DNA of 64,000 bases from Myxococcota bacterium (GTDB taxonomy: Bacteria; Myxococcota_A; Polyangia; Nannocystales; Nannocystaceae), in the NCBI GenBank assembly GCA_039028615.1, contig JBCCHT010000010.1:160001-224000 (forward strand), written 5' to 3'. A model generated the notes under the pieces. It made no database searches. It worked only from the letters and a program-made list of their open reading frames with translations, and was not told the DNA's origin. A program made the position numbers and the translations under genes. How positions within the stretch are numbered: position 1 is the stretch's first letter; each line of letters begins with the position of its first letter. Below, one piece after another: positions 1 through 10,391 of this stretch.

Positions 1-2
1 GG

Positions 3-656
3 GCGGCCGACGAGCTCGAGCGCCTCGACCGGGCGGGCCTACGGCTGGGTCCCTTCGTGGCCGCGGCGCAGGCCGACCTCGAGCTATTGCACGATCATCC
101 CCAGCCCGCTCGCGAGAGCCTGGCCGCGGCCCTCGCCGAGCTTCCGCCCTCCCAACGGCTGGCGCGGCTGGTGCTGCGAGCCTCGCAAGTGGCCTCCTTG
201 GTGGCGCTGGGCTGTTTCCGGGAGGCCATCGAGGCGGCCGAGCGAGCGCTCGAGGAGGCTCCGGCTGGCACGGGCCCCGGGGCGGCTCGGGTCCGGGTGC
301 GCTGCGGCCTGGCCGTGGCCCTGGCCCGCACCGATCGCTTCTCGCAAGCGCATCGCGAGCTCGATGCGCTGATCGTCGAGGTCGCGGAGTTCGACAACCC
401 GATGTTGATGGGCCTGGTTCGCGAGACGGGAGCCGAGATTGCCGCCGCGGGCGGGGACGACCAGGCCCAGCGCCGTCATGCCGCGTCGGCCGAGCTGCTC
501 TTCGCCTCCACGGGCAACCCGGTGCTCATCGCCCGGGCACGGCGCTTGGTGGCTGCGCTGCCCGAGTCGACCCTGCCGGAGGCGGGCGCCGACGAGGACG
601 ACGACGGGCTCGAGTCGGACACCTTCGAGACCGTCGATTTGCGACCCCTCAAATGA
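3..656 (+). CDS. 3' part of a helical-repeat (TPR-like) protein, truncated by the window edge; possibly the C-terminus of a large kinase/ATPase-type protein
   Basis: Frame is open from base 3 to TGA at 654-656; Ala/Leu/Arg-rich amphipathic helices and an acidic tail. Confidence 0.6.
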   Translation, partial: AADELERLDRAGLRLGPFVAAAQADLELLHDHPQPARESLAAALAELPPSQRLARLVLRASQVASLVALGCFREAIEAAERALEEAPAGTGPGAARVRVRCGLAVALARTDRFSQAHRELDALIVEVAEFDNPMLMGLVRETGAEIAAAGGDDQAQRRHAASAELLFASTGNPVLIARARRLVAALPESTLPEAGADEDDDGLESDTFETVDLRPLK

Positions 657-711
657 ATCGACCCGCGGCTCATGGAGCCGCGGGTCGTCGGTTTAGACCG
701 AGGGGTCAGGC

Positions 712-3700
712 TCAGCCGCCGCTGGAGCCACCGCCGCCGGAGCCACCGTCGCTACCGCCATCGGTGTCACCGTCGGTCTCGCCACCGGTCCCGGTGCCGC
801 CGTCGTCCTCGTCACCGCAGGCCGGCTTGTTCTCGACGCTGTACTCACCGTTGCAGAACCGGCCGTTGTCGGGCCAGACGCGACCGTTGGCGTCGATGTA
901 GGGCTGGTTCTCCGGGTCGAAGTCGAACTCGCAAAGGTCGCAGGGGTCACCCAGACCGTCGTAGTCCTGGTCGAACTGCGGCAGGAAGCAGAGGTTGCTC
1001 CACAGCGCGTCGAGGTCACCGTCGAAGTCGTCGACGGTCAGCTTGGCGTTGTCACGCGGGTCGCTGCCGTTGAGGGCTTCCTCGCAGCCCGCGGGCGGGG
1101 TCAGGATGCCCGGAGCGAGCGCCACCGAGGTGGGCAGCTTACGGCAGGTGTCGTCGGTCTCCTCGTCACACTCGACCTTGACCACGCGGCCATCGGGGTC
1201 GAGCAGGGGCGCGGAGGGCTGCTCCACACCATCGTCACGCGGCGGCAGGTTGATCTGCAGCTCGCCGTTCTCGTCCTCGAACAGAGCGACGGTGCAGCAG
1301 TAGCCGTTGGCCGAAGTCTCGTAGAAGGAGAAGGGACGGGCGTCGACGCGACGCTCGCAGGAGGAGTGCGTCTCGCAGGCGTTGCCCACGAAGTCGCCGT
1401 CGGTGTCGTCGGCTTCCTGGTTGGCGCCGTCGATGACCTGCATCGGGTTCTCGGCGAACGGGCAGGTGTCGCACACGTCACCCACGCCGTCGGCGTCGGT
1501 GTCGAGGTGGTCGCAGATGCCGTAGGCCGTCTCGCAGCGGCGGTTGGCGGGACAGTCCGCGTCGCTGCTGCACTGGACCTGCTCGTCGGCGGTCAGAGCC
1601 ACCGGCTGGCGGGGGCAAGCGTCGGCCACGTTGGCGATGCCGTCCTGGTCGAAGTCGTCGTCCGGACCGATGCCGATGACACCCGCGGCGAACGCGTTGG
1701 GCATGAGGGCTTCGCACGCGTCGCCGACCATGTCGTCGTTGGCGTCGAGCTGGCAAAGGACGTTGTCGTCGTAGGCGATCGGGTCGCCGATGGCCCACAC
1801 GTTGTCCGGACCGTAGTCCTCGCAGTTGGCGGTCAGGATGCAGTTGTCACACGCATCGCCGATGCCGTCGCCGTCGCTGTCGTCCTGGAACGGAACGTTG
1901 CGGACCAGCATGTAGCCGAGCGGCGAAGCCTCGTCCTTGTTGTACTGGCGGGCGGACTGGCGACAGGTGTCGCACTCGTTACCCACGCCGTCATCGTCGG
2001 AGTCGGCGGTGTCGTCGGACGAACCGGCCAGGGTCGGGCACAGGTCGATCACGTCGCCGAAGCCGTCGCGGTCGATGTCGCCCTGGTCGGGGTTGAAGAA
2101 GTCCGGCGCGTTGTCACAGCTGAGCTGGACGTTGTCGAGGTCCTGGTCCTCTTTGCACTTCGGCTGGTCGATGGTGAAGTCGTAGAGGAAGTCCGGGTCG
2201 GCCGAGACGTTGGTGGTGATGAGCGGCATGCCGCACACGTCCCAGAACGCCTCTTGGTAGGCGACGGGGTCGTTCATCTGATCCCGGCGGGTCAGGCCCG
2301 GCACCCACAGTCGGTAGGTGGCGCCGGTCTGAAGGACGGGGCCGAACTCGGTCGGGTCGATCTCGACCCCGACCTCACCGATGATCTGGTTGCCGATGTC
2401 GACGGTCAGGCAGGGCACGGGAGCCACGCCAGCGTCGAGGTCGGCCTGCGTCGTGGCGCAGTTGGGACCACCCGCGACGAGCTCGTCGAAGCGGTCGTTC
2501 CAGGCGATGGTGCCCGTGTCGTCCGGGACGAGTCGCCAGATCTGGATCTTGGCGAGGTTCTCCGGGCTCATGTCGTACTTGTTCGAGAACCGAATCGAGA
2601 AGTCGTTACAGGCACCGATCCGAAGGTTGTCGGAGGGGAAGCCACTTCCCGGCTCGACGTGGAAGTCGGGCGTCTCGAAGGTGTAGCTGGCCTTGCCGGC
2701 GAGGGTGTTGCCGACCTTGTCCTGGACGAACTGGCCGCCGTCTTCCGGGGTATTGAAGTTGACCGTGTAGGACGACCCCGAGCACAGCGAGCGGTCGAAG
2801 TCCTCGACGTTCTCCGGCTGGAAGGAGTCGTTGGCGCGCCAACCGTCCTCGATGTTCCGGTCGTCGATGAGGCCACGGCCCTCGGCGCAGCTCTCGATGT
2901 CGGCCCGGGGAACGCCGCCGATGTCGGCGGGGCGCCACTCGAAGCCCTTGATGGCGGGGTCGTAGACGACACCACCGACGCGGGAGACGAACTTGACCGC
3001 GTACTGCTCGGCCCGCTCCTCGCGGGGAGCAGCGTTGTCACCGCTGGTGCGGACCTCGTCGGCGTTGAAGCAACCGATGCGCCACACGTCGAGGCACTGG
3101 TCGGGCGAGCCGTAGTCCTCGATGAAGTCCTGCGTCTCTTGGCTGCCGTCGTTCGGGTCGATGGCCCGGAGGTCGGCGAGGGTGCGGCCCGGCGCGCACT
3201 TACAGTTCTTGCTGGGCTCGGGGAGGGTGTCGTTGCGGTCGTAGACCTCGATGGGCGAGACGTCCTGGAACCAGGGGTCACAGGCCTGCCCGTCGGTGCA
3301 GCCGTCCTCGGAGTCACAGGCAACGCCGTCGACGCCGTTCAGCAGCGAGTCTTGGCAGCACTCGGAAGCGATGAGCGTGCCGTCCTCGTTGTGGTCGCAG
3401 AAGGCGAGCCGGTTTCCGGGAGGAGCCGTGGAGCAGTTGTTGCCCTCTTCGTCGCACAGGGCGTCGAAGTTGGAGTTGTTGAGCAAGCAGGCACCGGCGC
3501 CGCGCTCGTCGTAGCGCTGGTCGACGCAGAAGCCTTCGACGAGCTCGGTGGCGACGATGGCGTCGCCCGAGGTGTCGTTGTAGCTGCGGCAGGACACGAA
3601 CCACTCGGCCACGCAGCGGCCGTCGGTGCAGCCCTCGGGGTCGATGGCCGGGTCACAGGCCTCGCCGGCCTCGTTGCGACCGACACAGTCGGTGCCGGGC

Positions 3701-4923
3701 AGGTCGTGGCCCGCGCTGGAGCGGCACTGCGCGGTGTCGGTGCACGACGCGTTGCGACGCTCGAGCCACTCGGGACGATCGTCCGGGTGGGTCTCGCGAA
3801 GCTGGTCGTAGTACGGCATCAGGTAGGACGTCGGCTCGCAGCCGGGGTCCATCGCCGGGTTGCAGTCCCAGAAGTAGCGGTAGCTGATCTCCTGCTCGCC
3901 GCGACCGACCCAGGGGACGAAGTCGCGGCACTGCGTGAACACGTCGCCGGCGGGGTCGCAGACGATGGCGCTCTGGCTCTCGACGAGCGAGTCGCGGATG
4001 CCGTCGAGGTCGAGCGGGTCCGCGCCGTCGGGCACTGCAAAGAGGTTCGCGTTACGGGTCTGGCCGGCGGTCTGGAGGTCGTCGAGGGTGACCCCGTCAG
4101 CCGCCTCGGAGGTCAGGCCGTAGCGGGCGACCTGCGTGGACAGCAGGAAGTCGCAGCGCGAGCAGCAGGTGTCCGGGCCCTCTTCGGGGGTGTCACAGGA
4201 GCTGCCGCCCACCGTCCAACGACCCGAGTACGAGGTGACCGTGCCGTCCGTGTCCAGCTTGCGGGGCAGGCCGGTGACCGGGCTGACCATGTTGCAAGGG
4301 TTGGTGGCCGGGTCCTGGTAGTCCTCGTGACCGAAGTCGATGCCCTCTTCGCGCAGGTTGTCGATGCACGAGAGGTTGACCAGGCGGGTCATCAAGTCGG
4401 GCTCTTCCGTCGCGCCCTTCTTGTAGTCGCCGTTGAACCGGGTGATCGGACCCTCGATGTCGAGGACGCGCGACTTCCAGTCGTAGACCTCGAACAGCTG
4501 GGGGTTGTCCGGTCGCTTGCGAACGAGCTCGATCGACGTGGGATCGAGCAAGTTGTTGAACACGAACTCGATGCCGAAGGCGGTCACCAGCGGGGAGATT
4601 TTGCAGTACTCCTCCGCGCCGCGAGGGGACTCGAGGGCTTCCTCGGTCTCTTCGCAGGGGCCGATCTCTTCGATGAAGTACGTCCCACTGCTGAAGTCGG
4701 CTGGGCAGTCGCTGCCCTCGCACTGGGGGTTGAGCAAGTGAATCTTGCGAGACGCGTAGTTGATGCCAGAGATGCTCTCGAGCAAGAGGTTGTCGGGATC
4801 GCAGATACCGCAATCGGAATCCTCGATGCACCCGCTTGCACCCACGGACATAGCCGCGAGCAAGAGCCCTCCAGCGACGAGTCCTCGCCGTCCAGAGTTC
4901 GACTTCGCTGCCTTAGTGGTCAT
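712..4923 (-). CDS. Large Cys-rich lipoprotein (1403 aa) with Ig-like segments and thrombospondin type-3 Ca-binding repeats; putative surface adhesin
   Basis: Signal peptide with lipobox GASG-C; about 8 DxDxDG(I/V)G(D/N)xC(D/E) repeats (e.g. DSDGDGIGDACDNC, DTDADGVGDVCDTCP); Gly/Ser/Asp tail. Confidence 0.85.
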   Translation of the reverse strand: MTTKAAKSNSGRRGLVAGGLLLAAMSVGASGCIEDSDCGICDPDNLLLESISGINYASRKIHLLNPQCEGSDCPADFSSGTYFIEEIGPCEETEEALESPRGAEEYCKISPLVTAFGIEFVFNNLLDPTSIELVRKRPDNPQLFEVYDWKSRVLDIEGPITRFNGDYKKGATEEPDLMTRLVNLSCIDNLREEGIDFGHEDYQDPATNPCNMVSPVTGLPRKLDTDGTVTSYSGRWTVGGSSCDTPEEGPDTCCSRCDFLLSTQVARYGLTSEAADGVTLDDLQTAGQTRNANLFAVPDGADPLDLDGIRDSLVESQSAIVCDPAGDVFTQCRDFVPWVGRGEQEISYRYFWDCNPAMDPGCEPTSYLMPYYDQLRETHPDDRPEWLERRNASCTDTAQCRSSAGHDLPGTDCVGRNEAGEACDPAIDPEGCTDGRCVAEWFVSCRSYNDTSGDAIVATELVEGFCVDQRYDERGAGACLLNNSNFDALCDEEGNNCSTAPPGNRLAFCDHNEDGTLIASECCQDSLLNGVDGVACDSEDGCTDGQACDPWFQDVSPIEVYDRNDTLPEPSKNCKCAPGRTLADLRAIDPNDGSQETQDFIEDYGSPDQCLDVWRIGCFNADEVRTSGDNAAPREERAEQYAVKFVSRVGGVVYDPAIKGFEWRPADIGGVPRADIESCAEGRGLIDDRNIEDGWRANDSFQPENVEDFDRSLCSGSSYTVNFNTPEDGGQFVQDKVGNTLAGKASYTFETPDFHVEPGSGFPSDNLRIGACNDFSIRFSNKYDMSPENLAKIQIWRLVPDDTGTIAWNDRFDELVAGGPNCATTQADLDAGVAPVPCLTVDIGNQIIGEVGVEIDPTEFGPVLQTGATYRLWVPGLTRRDQMNDPVAYQEAFWDVCGMPLITTNVSADPDFLYDFTIDQPKCKEDQDLDNVQLSCDNAPDFFNPDQGDIDRDGFGDVIDLCPTLAGSSDDTADSDDDGVGNECDTCRQSARQYNKDEASPLGYMLVRNVPFQDDSDGDGIGDACDNCILTANCEDYGPDNVWAIGDPIAYDDNVLCQLDANDDMVGDACEALMPNAFAAGVIGIGPDDDFDQDGIANVADACPRQPVALTADEQVQCSSDADCPANRRCETAYGICDHLDTDADGVGDVCDTCPFAENPMQVIDGANQEADDTDGDFVGNACETHSSCERRVDARPFSFYETSANGYCCTVALFEDENGELQINLPPRDDGVEQPSAPLLDPDGRVVKVECDEETDDTCRKLPTSVALAPGILTPPAGCEEALNGSDPRDNAKLTVDDFDGDLDALWSNLCFLPQFDQDYDGLGDPCDLCEFDFDPENQPYIDANGRVWPDNGRFCNGEYSVENKPACGDEDDGGTGTGGETDGDTDGGSDGGSGGGGSSGG

Positions 4924-5674
4924 GAACCCTCGTCCATTCTCGGACCGCCCCCGGTGGGGGTCGGTGACCGGCGTAGCCTACGATAGGAGACCGGTTTTCG
5001 TACACTCCAAAGCCCAGTCCACATCGTTGTGAACGAGGCACGTCGCCCCGGGAACCACCGGTCCCTCGGTGCGGCGCTAAACCCTGCCAGGTGTTCGACG
5101 GTGCCGTGCGTGTTCGGCCAGGCGTGATCATCTGCACGAGCCTTTGTTCCCCGCCGCAGCGTGGGCTCCACCGTCGTCGCGATCTCGGCCCGCATGACCC
5201 GAGACCCGTGTCCGGCCATTGTTGGGTACCGCGGAGCGCCTGTCCGCAGCAACGTCGATGGTACGGATCGACGACGTCGTTCCGGGCATCGGCGGGCCGC
5301 TCGTCGCGCCTGACATGGCCGGGGCAGATCGGGGCGGACCGCGGTACTGCGTTCACCCTCGGACCTCGCGTTCGCACTGCGTTTTTTGCGCGCCTCACTG
5401 CGGAAATCGGCGTGCGGTCATGCCGCGCGCGGGGGTGGATCACCGATGACGCGGTGCAAACGGCCAAACGTGGCCGAGCGTCGATGACTGGCGACAATGA
5501 CATACGACAGGCGACGGGTCGCGAAGGCTCCCCGGCTCCGAGGTCTAACGCACGACCTCGCGGGGGATTACGCCCAGGACGGCTACGAGGGACGGCCATC
5601 GATGGATCGGTCGCACGAGCGCGGCGGACCGCGATGCCCCGCGCTGCGCCTGTCCTTTAGACGGATAGACGGCG

Positions 5675-6325
5675 TCAGACGGGCGCGACGCTCGGGGCGG
5701 CCGGACCCGATTCGGCGCCCGGCGAGGGTGCCAGCAGTCCTTCGGAGAAGATCGACCACATCGCCTGGAGGTAGGCGGCGTCGGCCTGGGCGACCTGCTG
5801 CGGGTCGGACTCGTCTTGAATGAGGTTGCGCTGCTCGAACCAGTTGCGGACGAGACCCATGAAGGCGGTGAGGACGAAGCGGGCGGGCACGTCGCTGCGC
5901 AGGAAACCGGCGGCTTGCCCGGCTTCGACGACCGCGACGCCGCGCAGGTGCAGATCTCGAATCTCGTCCACGAACTCCACCGGGCGGTCGAGCTCGAGCC
6001 AGGCCACCAGCCGCAGGATGTCCGGGTTGTCGGCGATGAACCGAAAGTAGGTCTCCATCGACGTCCGCAGCAGGCTGGGCTCGTTCATCTGGGACTCGAT
6101 GAGCTTGCGCTGTTCCTGAACGTACTGCTGAAACGCGTAGGTGCGGACCTCGGCCCACAGGGCGTCCTTGGGCCCAAAGTGGTGGTGGATGAGGCTCTGG
6201 GTGACCCCGGCGGCGTTGGCGATGTGGTGCATCGACGTGCCGGCGTAGCCCGCTTGCGAAAAGCACTCGCGGGCCGCCTCGAGGATCGCTCGGCGCGAGG
6301 CGACGGGGTCGGGTCGGCGGCTCAT
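5675..6325 (-). CDS. TetR/AcrR family transcriptional regulator
   Basis: N-terminal HTH ILEAARECFSQAGYAGTSMHHIANAAGVTQSLIHHHFGPKDAL. Confidence 0.92.
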   Translation of the reverse strand: MSRRPDPVASRRAILEAARECFSQAGYAGTSMHHIANAAGVTQSLIHHHFGPKDALWAEVRTYAFQQYVQEQRKLIESQMNEPSLLRTSMETYFRFIADNPDILRLVAWLELDRPVEFVDEIRDLHLRGVAVVEAGQAAGFLRSDVPARFVLTAFMGLVRNWFEQRNLIQDESDPQQVAQADAAYLQAMWSIFSEGLLAPSPGAESGPAAPSVAPV

Positions 6326-6341
6326 GGAAAAAGGAAGGGGG

Positions 6342-7103
6342 CTAGAAGGCGCACTCGACGATCATCGCGGTGATGTTGTCGGTGCCGCCGGCGTCGTTGG
6401 AGCGGTCGACCAGCTCGCGCACGGCCGACTCGGGATCGGCGGCTCCGAGCACGATGTCGAGGATCTCCTCGTCTTCGAGCATGCCGCAGAGGCCATCGGA
6501 GCACAGCATGTAGCGGTCGCCGTCCTCGATCTCGATCTCGCACAGGTCGACCTCGACGCTGTCGCGCATGCCGAGCGCTCGCGTGATCACGTTCTTGTGC
6601 GGGAAATCGCGGATCTCTTCTTCGGTGAGATCTGGGCGCGCATCCTTGTAGTCCTCGAGCAGCGAGTGGTCGCGGGTCAGGCCCTGGATGCGGCCGCGCC
6701 GGACGAGGTAGCAGCGGGAGTCACCCACGTGCGCCACGTAGCCGCGGTCGCCGTTGAGGGTGAAGGTCACGATGGTCGTGCCCATGCCCCGCTGGCTGCG
6801 GTGCTTGGTGGCGGCGTGGTGAATCTTGGCGTTGGCCAAGCGAATGGACGAGACCATTCGGTTCTCCGCGTAGCTCAGCGTGTTGTCATAGGGAAAAGGC
6901 CACGCGGCGTCGGGATCGCGCGTAATGCGGTAGAACTCTCCGATGATGTCCGCGGACATCTTGCTGGCGATGTCTCCCGAGGCGTGCCCGCCCATGCCAT
7001 CGGCGACGATGAACAAGCGTTCGTCCTCGATGAGCGCAAAATAATCCTCGTTGTGGGCTCGGACCATGCCCACGTCGGTCCGGGAGGCGTAGCGGATGCG
7101 CAC
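6342..7103 (-). CDS. PP2C/PPM-family Ser/Thr protein phosphatase (Stp1/Pph1-like)
   Basis: Motifs [46 protein letters not shown]; start placed at GTG 7103. Confidence 0.95.
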   Translation of the reverse strand: MRIRYASRTDVGMVRAHNEDYFALIEDERLFIVADGMGGHASGDIASKMSADIIGEFYRITRDPDAAWPFPYDNTLSYAENRMVSSIRLANAKIHHAATKHRSQRGMGTTIVTFTLNGDRGYVAHVGDSRCYLVRRGRIQGLTRDHSLLEDYKDARPDLTEEEIRDFPHKNVITRALGMRDSVEVDLCEIEIEDGDRYMLCSDGLCGMLEDEEILDIVLGAADPESAVRELVDRSNDAGGTDNITAMIVECAF

Positions 7104-7182
7104 GACGCGGGAAGCATAGCAATGTCGAGCGTTCCACTCCATCGGGCACCGCCCGAGGCCCGACGCGTTACGATGTCGGGCG

Positions 7183-8718
7183 ATGCCGGGCGGTCTCCAG
7201 GGGGAAGACGAGGACACTCGGCGCACGGCGTTGCCCGAGATGTTCATGGAACTCGGGACCGACGGGACCATCCACGCCCTGCGCGGACGCCGGATCACGG
7301 ACTTCGGCATCGACCCCGAAGGGGCGGTGGGCCGTCCGGTGAACGAAGTGGTGAGCCCCTCGCAGGCCGACGCCATCCGAGATTGCGTCAAGCGAGCGAT
7401 CCGTAGCGACACCGTGGTGTTCACCGAGCACCTCACCTCGGCCGGAGGCCGCCGCCGCTTCTGGCAGGCCCGCACCATTCCGCTGGGCCCCGACCGCGCG
7501 CTGCGGGTGGTCACCGACATGAGCGAGCAGCTGCGCTGGCACCAGGCGCTCGAGCGCAGCGAGGTTCGATTTCGACAGCTGGTCGAGCAGGCGGTCGACG
7601 GCATCTTCGTGTGTGACGAAGAAGGCACTCTGGTCGACGTCAACCGTCAAGCCTGCGACAGCCTCGGCTATCGACGCGACGAGCTGCTCGGCACCAACTT
7701 CGTCGACTTGTGTCGTGGTCTGGACATCGAACAACTATGGGAGTTGCTCGATGGCCTCAATCCCGGAGAGTCGGAGACCTTGGCAGCCGCACACTTGCGG
7801 CACGATGGCAGTAGTTTCCCGGTCGAGCTGCACTTGGGCCCCTTTTGGGATCACGAGGGTGCACCACGGATCTTGGCCTTGGCCCGCGACGTCACCGATC
7901 GACATCGCTTGGAGGCGGCCGCGCTGGAAGCCGCCGAGCAAGAGGCCCGCCGCATCGGTCGCGACCTGCACGACGGCTTGGGTCAGCACCTGACCGGCAT
8001 GGCGTTTCTGGCCAAGGGCCTCGAGGCGGCGCTCAGCCAGCGAGGGTTGGCCGAAGCGGGCGAGGCCCGAGAGATCGTCAAGCTGGTGAAGGAAGCGGTG
8101 GGGCACTCGCGGGGCTTGGCCCACGGTCTGGCGCCCGTCGGGGTGCACGGCACCGAGCTGGCGCCCGCCCTCGAGAACCTCGCGGGGCGGACCCGAGACG
8201 TCTTCAACATCGATTGCGAGTTCCAAGACGACGGGGTGGTGCGAGTCCCCGATGATGCGACAGCGACCGCTTTTTATCGCATCGCCCAAGAGGCCACGAA
8301 CAACGCCCTCAAGCACGGCAAGGCCTCGCAGATCATCTTGCGACTCGATACCGACGAAGACGATGGCTTGCGCCTCTCGATCACCGACGATGGCCAAGGG
8401 CTGCCCTTGCAGCGACCCACCGAAGGACTCGGCCTGCGGCTCATGAAGCTTCGCGCCGAGACGGTGGGGGCCAAGCTGGCCATCACGAGCGCGGAAGACG
8501 AAGACGAAGACGAACACGAACACGAACCACGCGACGAGGACGAAGACGGGGAGCGGCGCACGGGCACTCGGGTGGAATGCACATTGCCCGTCGGCGCGGT
8601 CGCGCGGGAACGCGCTCCTGGAGAGCGTCGCCCGTCACCGTTGCCGCAGCCGGCGGTCGAGCCGTTGGATCCCGAGCAGCTCAAGGCGCTGGTCGCCGAG
8701 TGGACCAGTCAGAGCTGA
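7183..8718 (+). CDS. Cytoplasmic PAS-domain sensor histidine kinase (HisKA_3/NarX-type)
   Basis: PAS S-box ([13 protein letters not shown]...DGSSFPVE), H-box [12 protein letters not shown]-box [15 protein letters not shown] and GLGL boxes. Confidence 0.93.
   Translation: MPGGLQGEDEDTRRTALPEMFMELGTDGTIHALRGRRITDFGIDPEGAVGRPVNEVVSPSQADAIRDCVKRAIRSDTVVFTEHLTSAGGRRRFWQARTIPLGPDRALRVVTDMSEQLRWHQALERSEVRFRQLVEQAVDGIFVCDEEGTLVDVNRQACDSLGYRRDELLGTNFVDLCRGLDIEQLWELLDGLNPGESETLAAAHLRHDGSSFPVELHLGPFWDHEGAPRILALARDVTDRHRLEAAALEAAEQEARRIGRDLHDGLGQHLTGMAFLAKGLEAALSQRGLAEAGEAREIVKLVKEAVGHSRGLAHGLAPVGVHGTELAPALENLAGRTRDVFNIDCEFQDDGVVRVPDDATATAFYRIAQEATNNALKHGKASQIILRLDTDEDDGLRLSITDDGQGLPLQRPTEGLGLRLMKLRAETVGAKLAITSAEDEDEDEHEHEPRDEDEDGERRTGTRVECTLPVGAVARERAPGERRPSPLPQPAVEPLDPEQLKALVAEWTSQS
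8494..8526 (+). repeat. Hexanucleotide tandem repeat (GAAGAC)3(GAACAC)2 encoding an [11 protein letters not shown] insert in the kinase ATPase domain
   Basis: Visible directly in the sequence. Confidence 0.8.
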
Positions 8719-8978
8719 AGCGACACAGTGCCAGCGCGGGTGCGCCGGGGGCTCCACTCACCGATTTGGGTCCATGATCCGCCCAAATGGGGGCAGCTCT
8801 CCCAACATTCTTCGGGGCAACTCGCCTCGTTGCGGACGACCGCAACAGCCGAAAAACGCCGCGTGCAGCATGTCACCTGCCAATTATGGGAATTAACGGC
8901 CCACAGTGAACCAATCAGGGCTTCCTTCAGGGCAGCTCGCTGGCAGACTGCTATATTGCGCTCCGAATAAAGGGGTTC

Positions 8979-9674
8979 ATGACAGTCGCAACACCGGAAG
9001 AACAGTCACAAGACGATCGCGTGGGGGTGCTGATCGTCGACGACCATCCGCTGGTTCGCCAGGGGTTGGCCTCATTCATCAATCGCAGTGACGATCTGCG
9101 GGTCATCGGGCAAGCGCCCGATTCCCAGCAGGCGCTCGCGATCATGGCCGAGAACGAGCCGCAAGTCGCGGTGGTCGATCTCTCGCTGGCGGGGGGCAGC
9201 GGGCTCGACCTTCTCAAGGAGATTGGCAAGCGCCATCCCAACGTGATCTCGCTGGTGCTCACCATGCACAACGAGCTCTTCTACGCCGAGCGTGCGCTAC
9301 GGGCGGGGGCCCGCGGCTACGTGATGAAGGGCGAGGAGACCGAAGAGGTGCTCGAGGCCATTCGCCAGATTCTCAAGGGCGAGGTCTACGTCAGCCAGCA
9401 CCTTCACAGCACCTTGGTGCAGCGCGCCGCGGCGCTGGGGCCTACCGGTCCTTCCTCGGCCGTCGAGAGCTTGAGCGATCGAGAGCTGGAGGTCTTCGAG
9501 TTGGTTGGTCGGGGCCAGCCCACTCGCGAGATTGCTCGTCAGCTCACCGTGAGCGTCAAGACCGTCGAGACGCACCGCCACCGCATCAAAGAGAAGCTCG
9601 GTCTGAGCACTGGCACGCAGATGGTCCGCTACGCCATCCGCTGGGTCGAGCGCGAGGCCGGAAGCCCGGCTTGA
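8979..9674 (+). CDS. NarL/FixJ (LuxR-type) DNA-binding response regulator, likely cognate of the upstream kinase
   Basis: VDDHP, VVDLSL (phospho-Asp), LSDRELEVF...SVKTVETHR HTH. Confidence 0.95.
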   Translation: MTVATPEEQSQDDRVGVLIVDDHPLVRQGLASFINRSDDLRVIGQAPDSQQALAIMAENEPQVAVVDLSLAGGSGLDLLKEIGKRHPNVISLVLTMHNELFYAERALRAGARGYVMKGEETEEVLEAIRQILKGEVYVSQHLHSTLVQRAAALGPTGPSSAVESLSDRELEVFELVGRGQPTREIARQLTVSVKTVETHRHRIKEKLGLSTGTQMVRYAIRWVEREAGSPA

Positions 9675-9716
9675 TGGCGCCGTCGCGAGCGAGGGCTGCT
9701 ACCCTCGCTCGCAGAC

Positions 9717-10364
9717 GTGCCTCGCCCGCGCTTTGATCGACTCGAACCGGAACGCCGCGAGGCGATCCTCGACGCGGCTGCGGCCGAATTTGGCGAGCAC
9801 GGGTTCTCCCGTGCCTCCTACAACCGAATCATCGATCGCGCTGGTCTCAGCAAGGGCGCGATGTACTACTACTTCGCCGACAAGCGCGACCTGTACCTGA
9901 CGGTCGTACGCGACGCGGTCGGCGGCCTGTGGACGGGCCTGACGCCGATGGAGCCCGTGGCCGGTCCACCGGAGTTTTGGCGCGAGGTCGAGCGCATGGC
10001 GATCGCGGCGTGGGGCTACATGTTGTCCGCGCCGCGGGCGGCTGCGCTCGCGCCCGCGTTTCTCAAGGCGCCCGCGAGCGCCGAAGACTCCGAGGTCTTG
10101 GCCGAGCTCACCGCCCAGGCGGCGCAATGGCTCCGCGGCGTGCTCGAGGTGGGGCGCGGGGCGGGAGCCGTCCGCGACGACATCCCCGACGAGCTGCTGC
10201 TGGCGGTGACGATGGCGGTGGGCGAGGCGGTCGATCGCTGGGTGGGGCAGCAGTGGTTTGCCAGCCGCGAAGCGGGCTCGCCCGACGAGCCGATGACCGC
10301 GCCGTCGTCCGAGCTGGTCGACACGTTGATCGATCTGCTGCGGCGGGTCGTGGCGCCGGCCTGA
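9717..10364 (+). CDS. TetR/AcrR family transcriptional regulator
   Basis: ILDAAAAEFGEHGF...IIDRAGLSKGAMYYYFADKRDLY HTH. Confidence 0.92.
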   Translation: MPRPRFDRLEPERREAILDAAAAEFGEHGFSRASYNRIIDRAGLSKGAMYYYFADKRDLYLTVVRDAVGGLWTGLTPMEPVAGPPEFWREVERMAIAAWGYMLSAPRAAALAPAFLKAPASAEDSEVLAELTAQAAQWLRGVLEVGRGAGAVRDDIPDELLLAVTMAVGEAVDRWVGQQWFASREAGSPDEPMTAPSSELVDTLIDLLRRVVAPA

Positions 10365-10391
10365 GCCCGCGGGCGCAGCGGCGCGCCGCCG

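Noticed and set aside
1366..4986. 1206-aa + strand ORF (and similar long antisense ORFs at 11363-13264, 18673-21405, 43156-45330, 55765-57555)
   Set aside because: Antisense shadows of real high-GC3 genes; V/A/G/R-rich, with no recognisable motifs
5451..5570. Possible c-di-GMP-I riboswitch (GCAAAC...GGTCTAA-like words)
   Set aside because: Spacing and GNRA loop do not fit, and it is on the strand with no downstream gene
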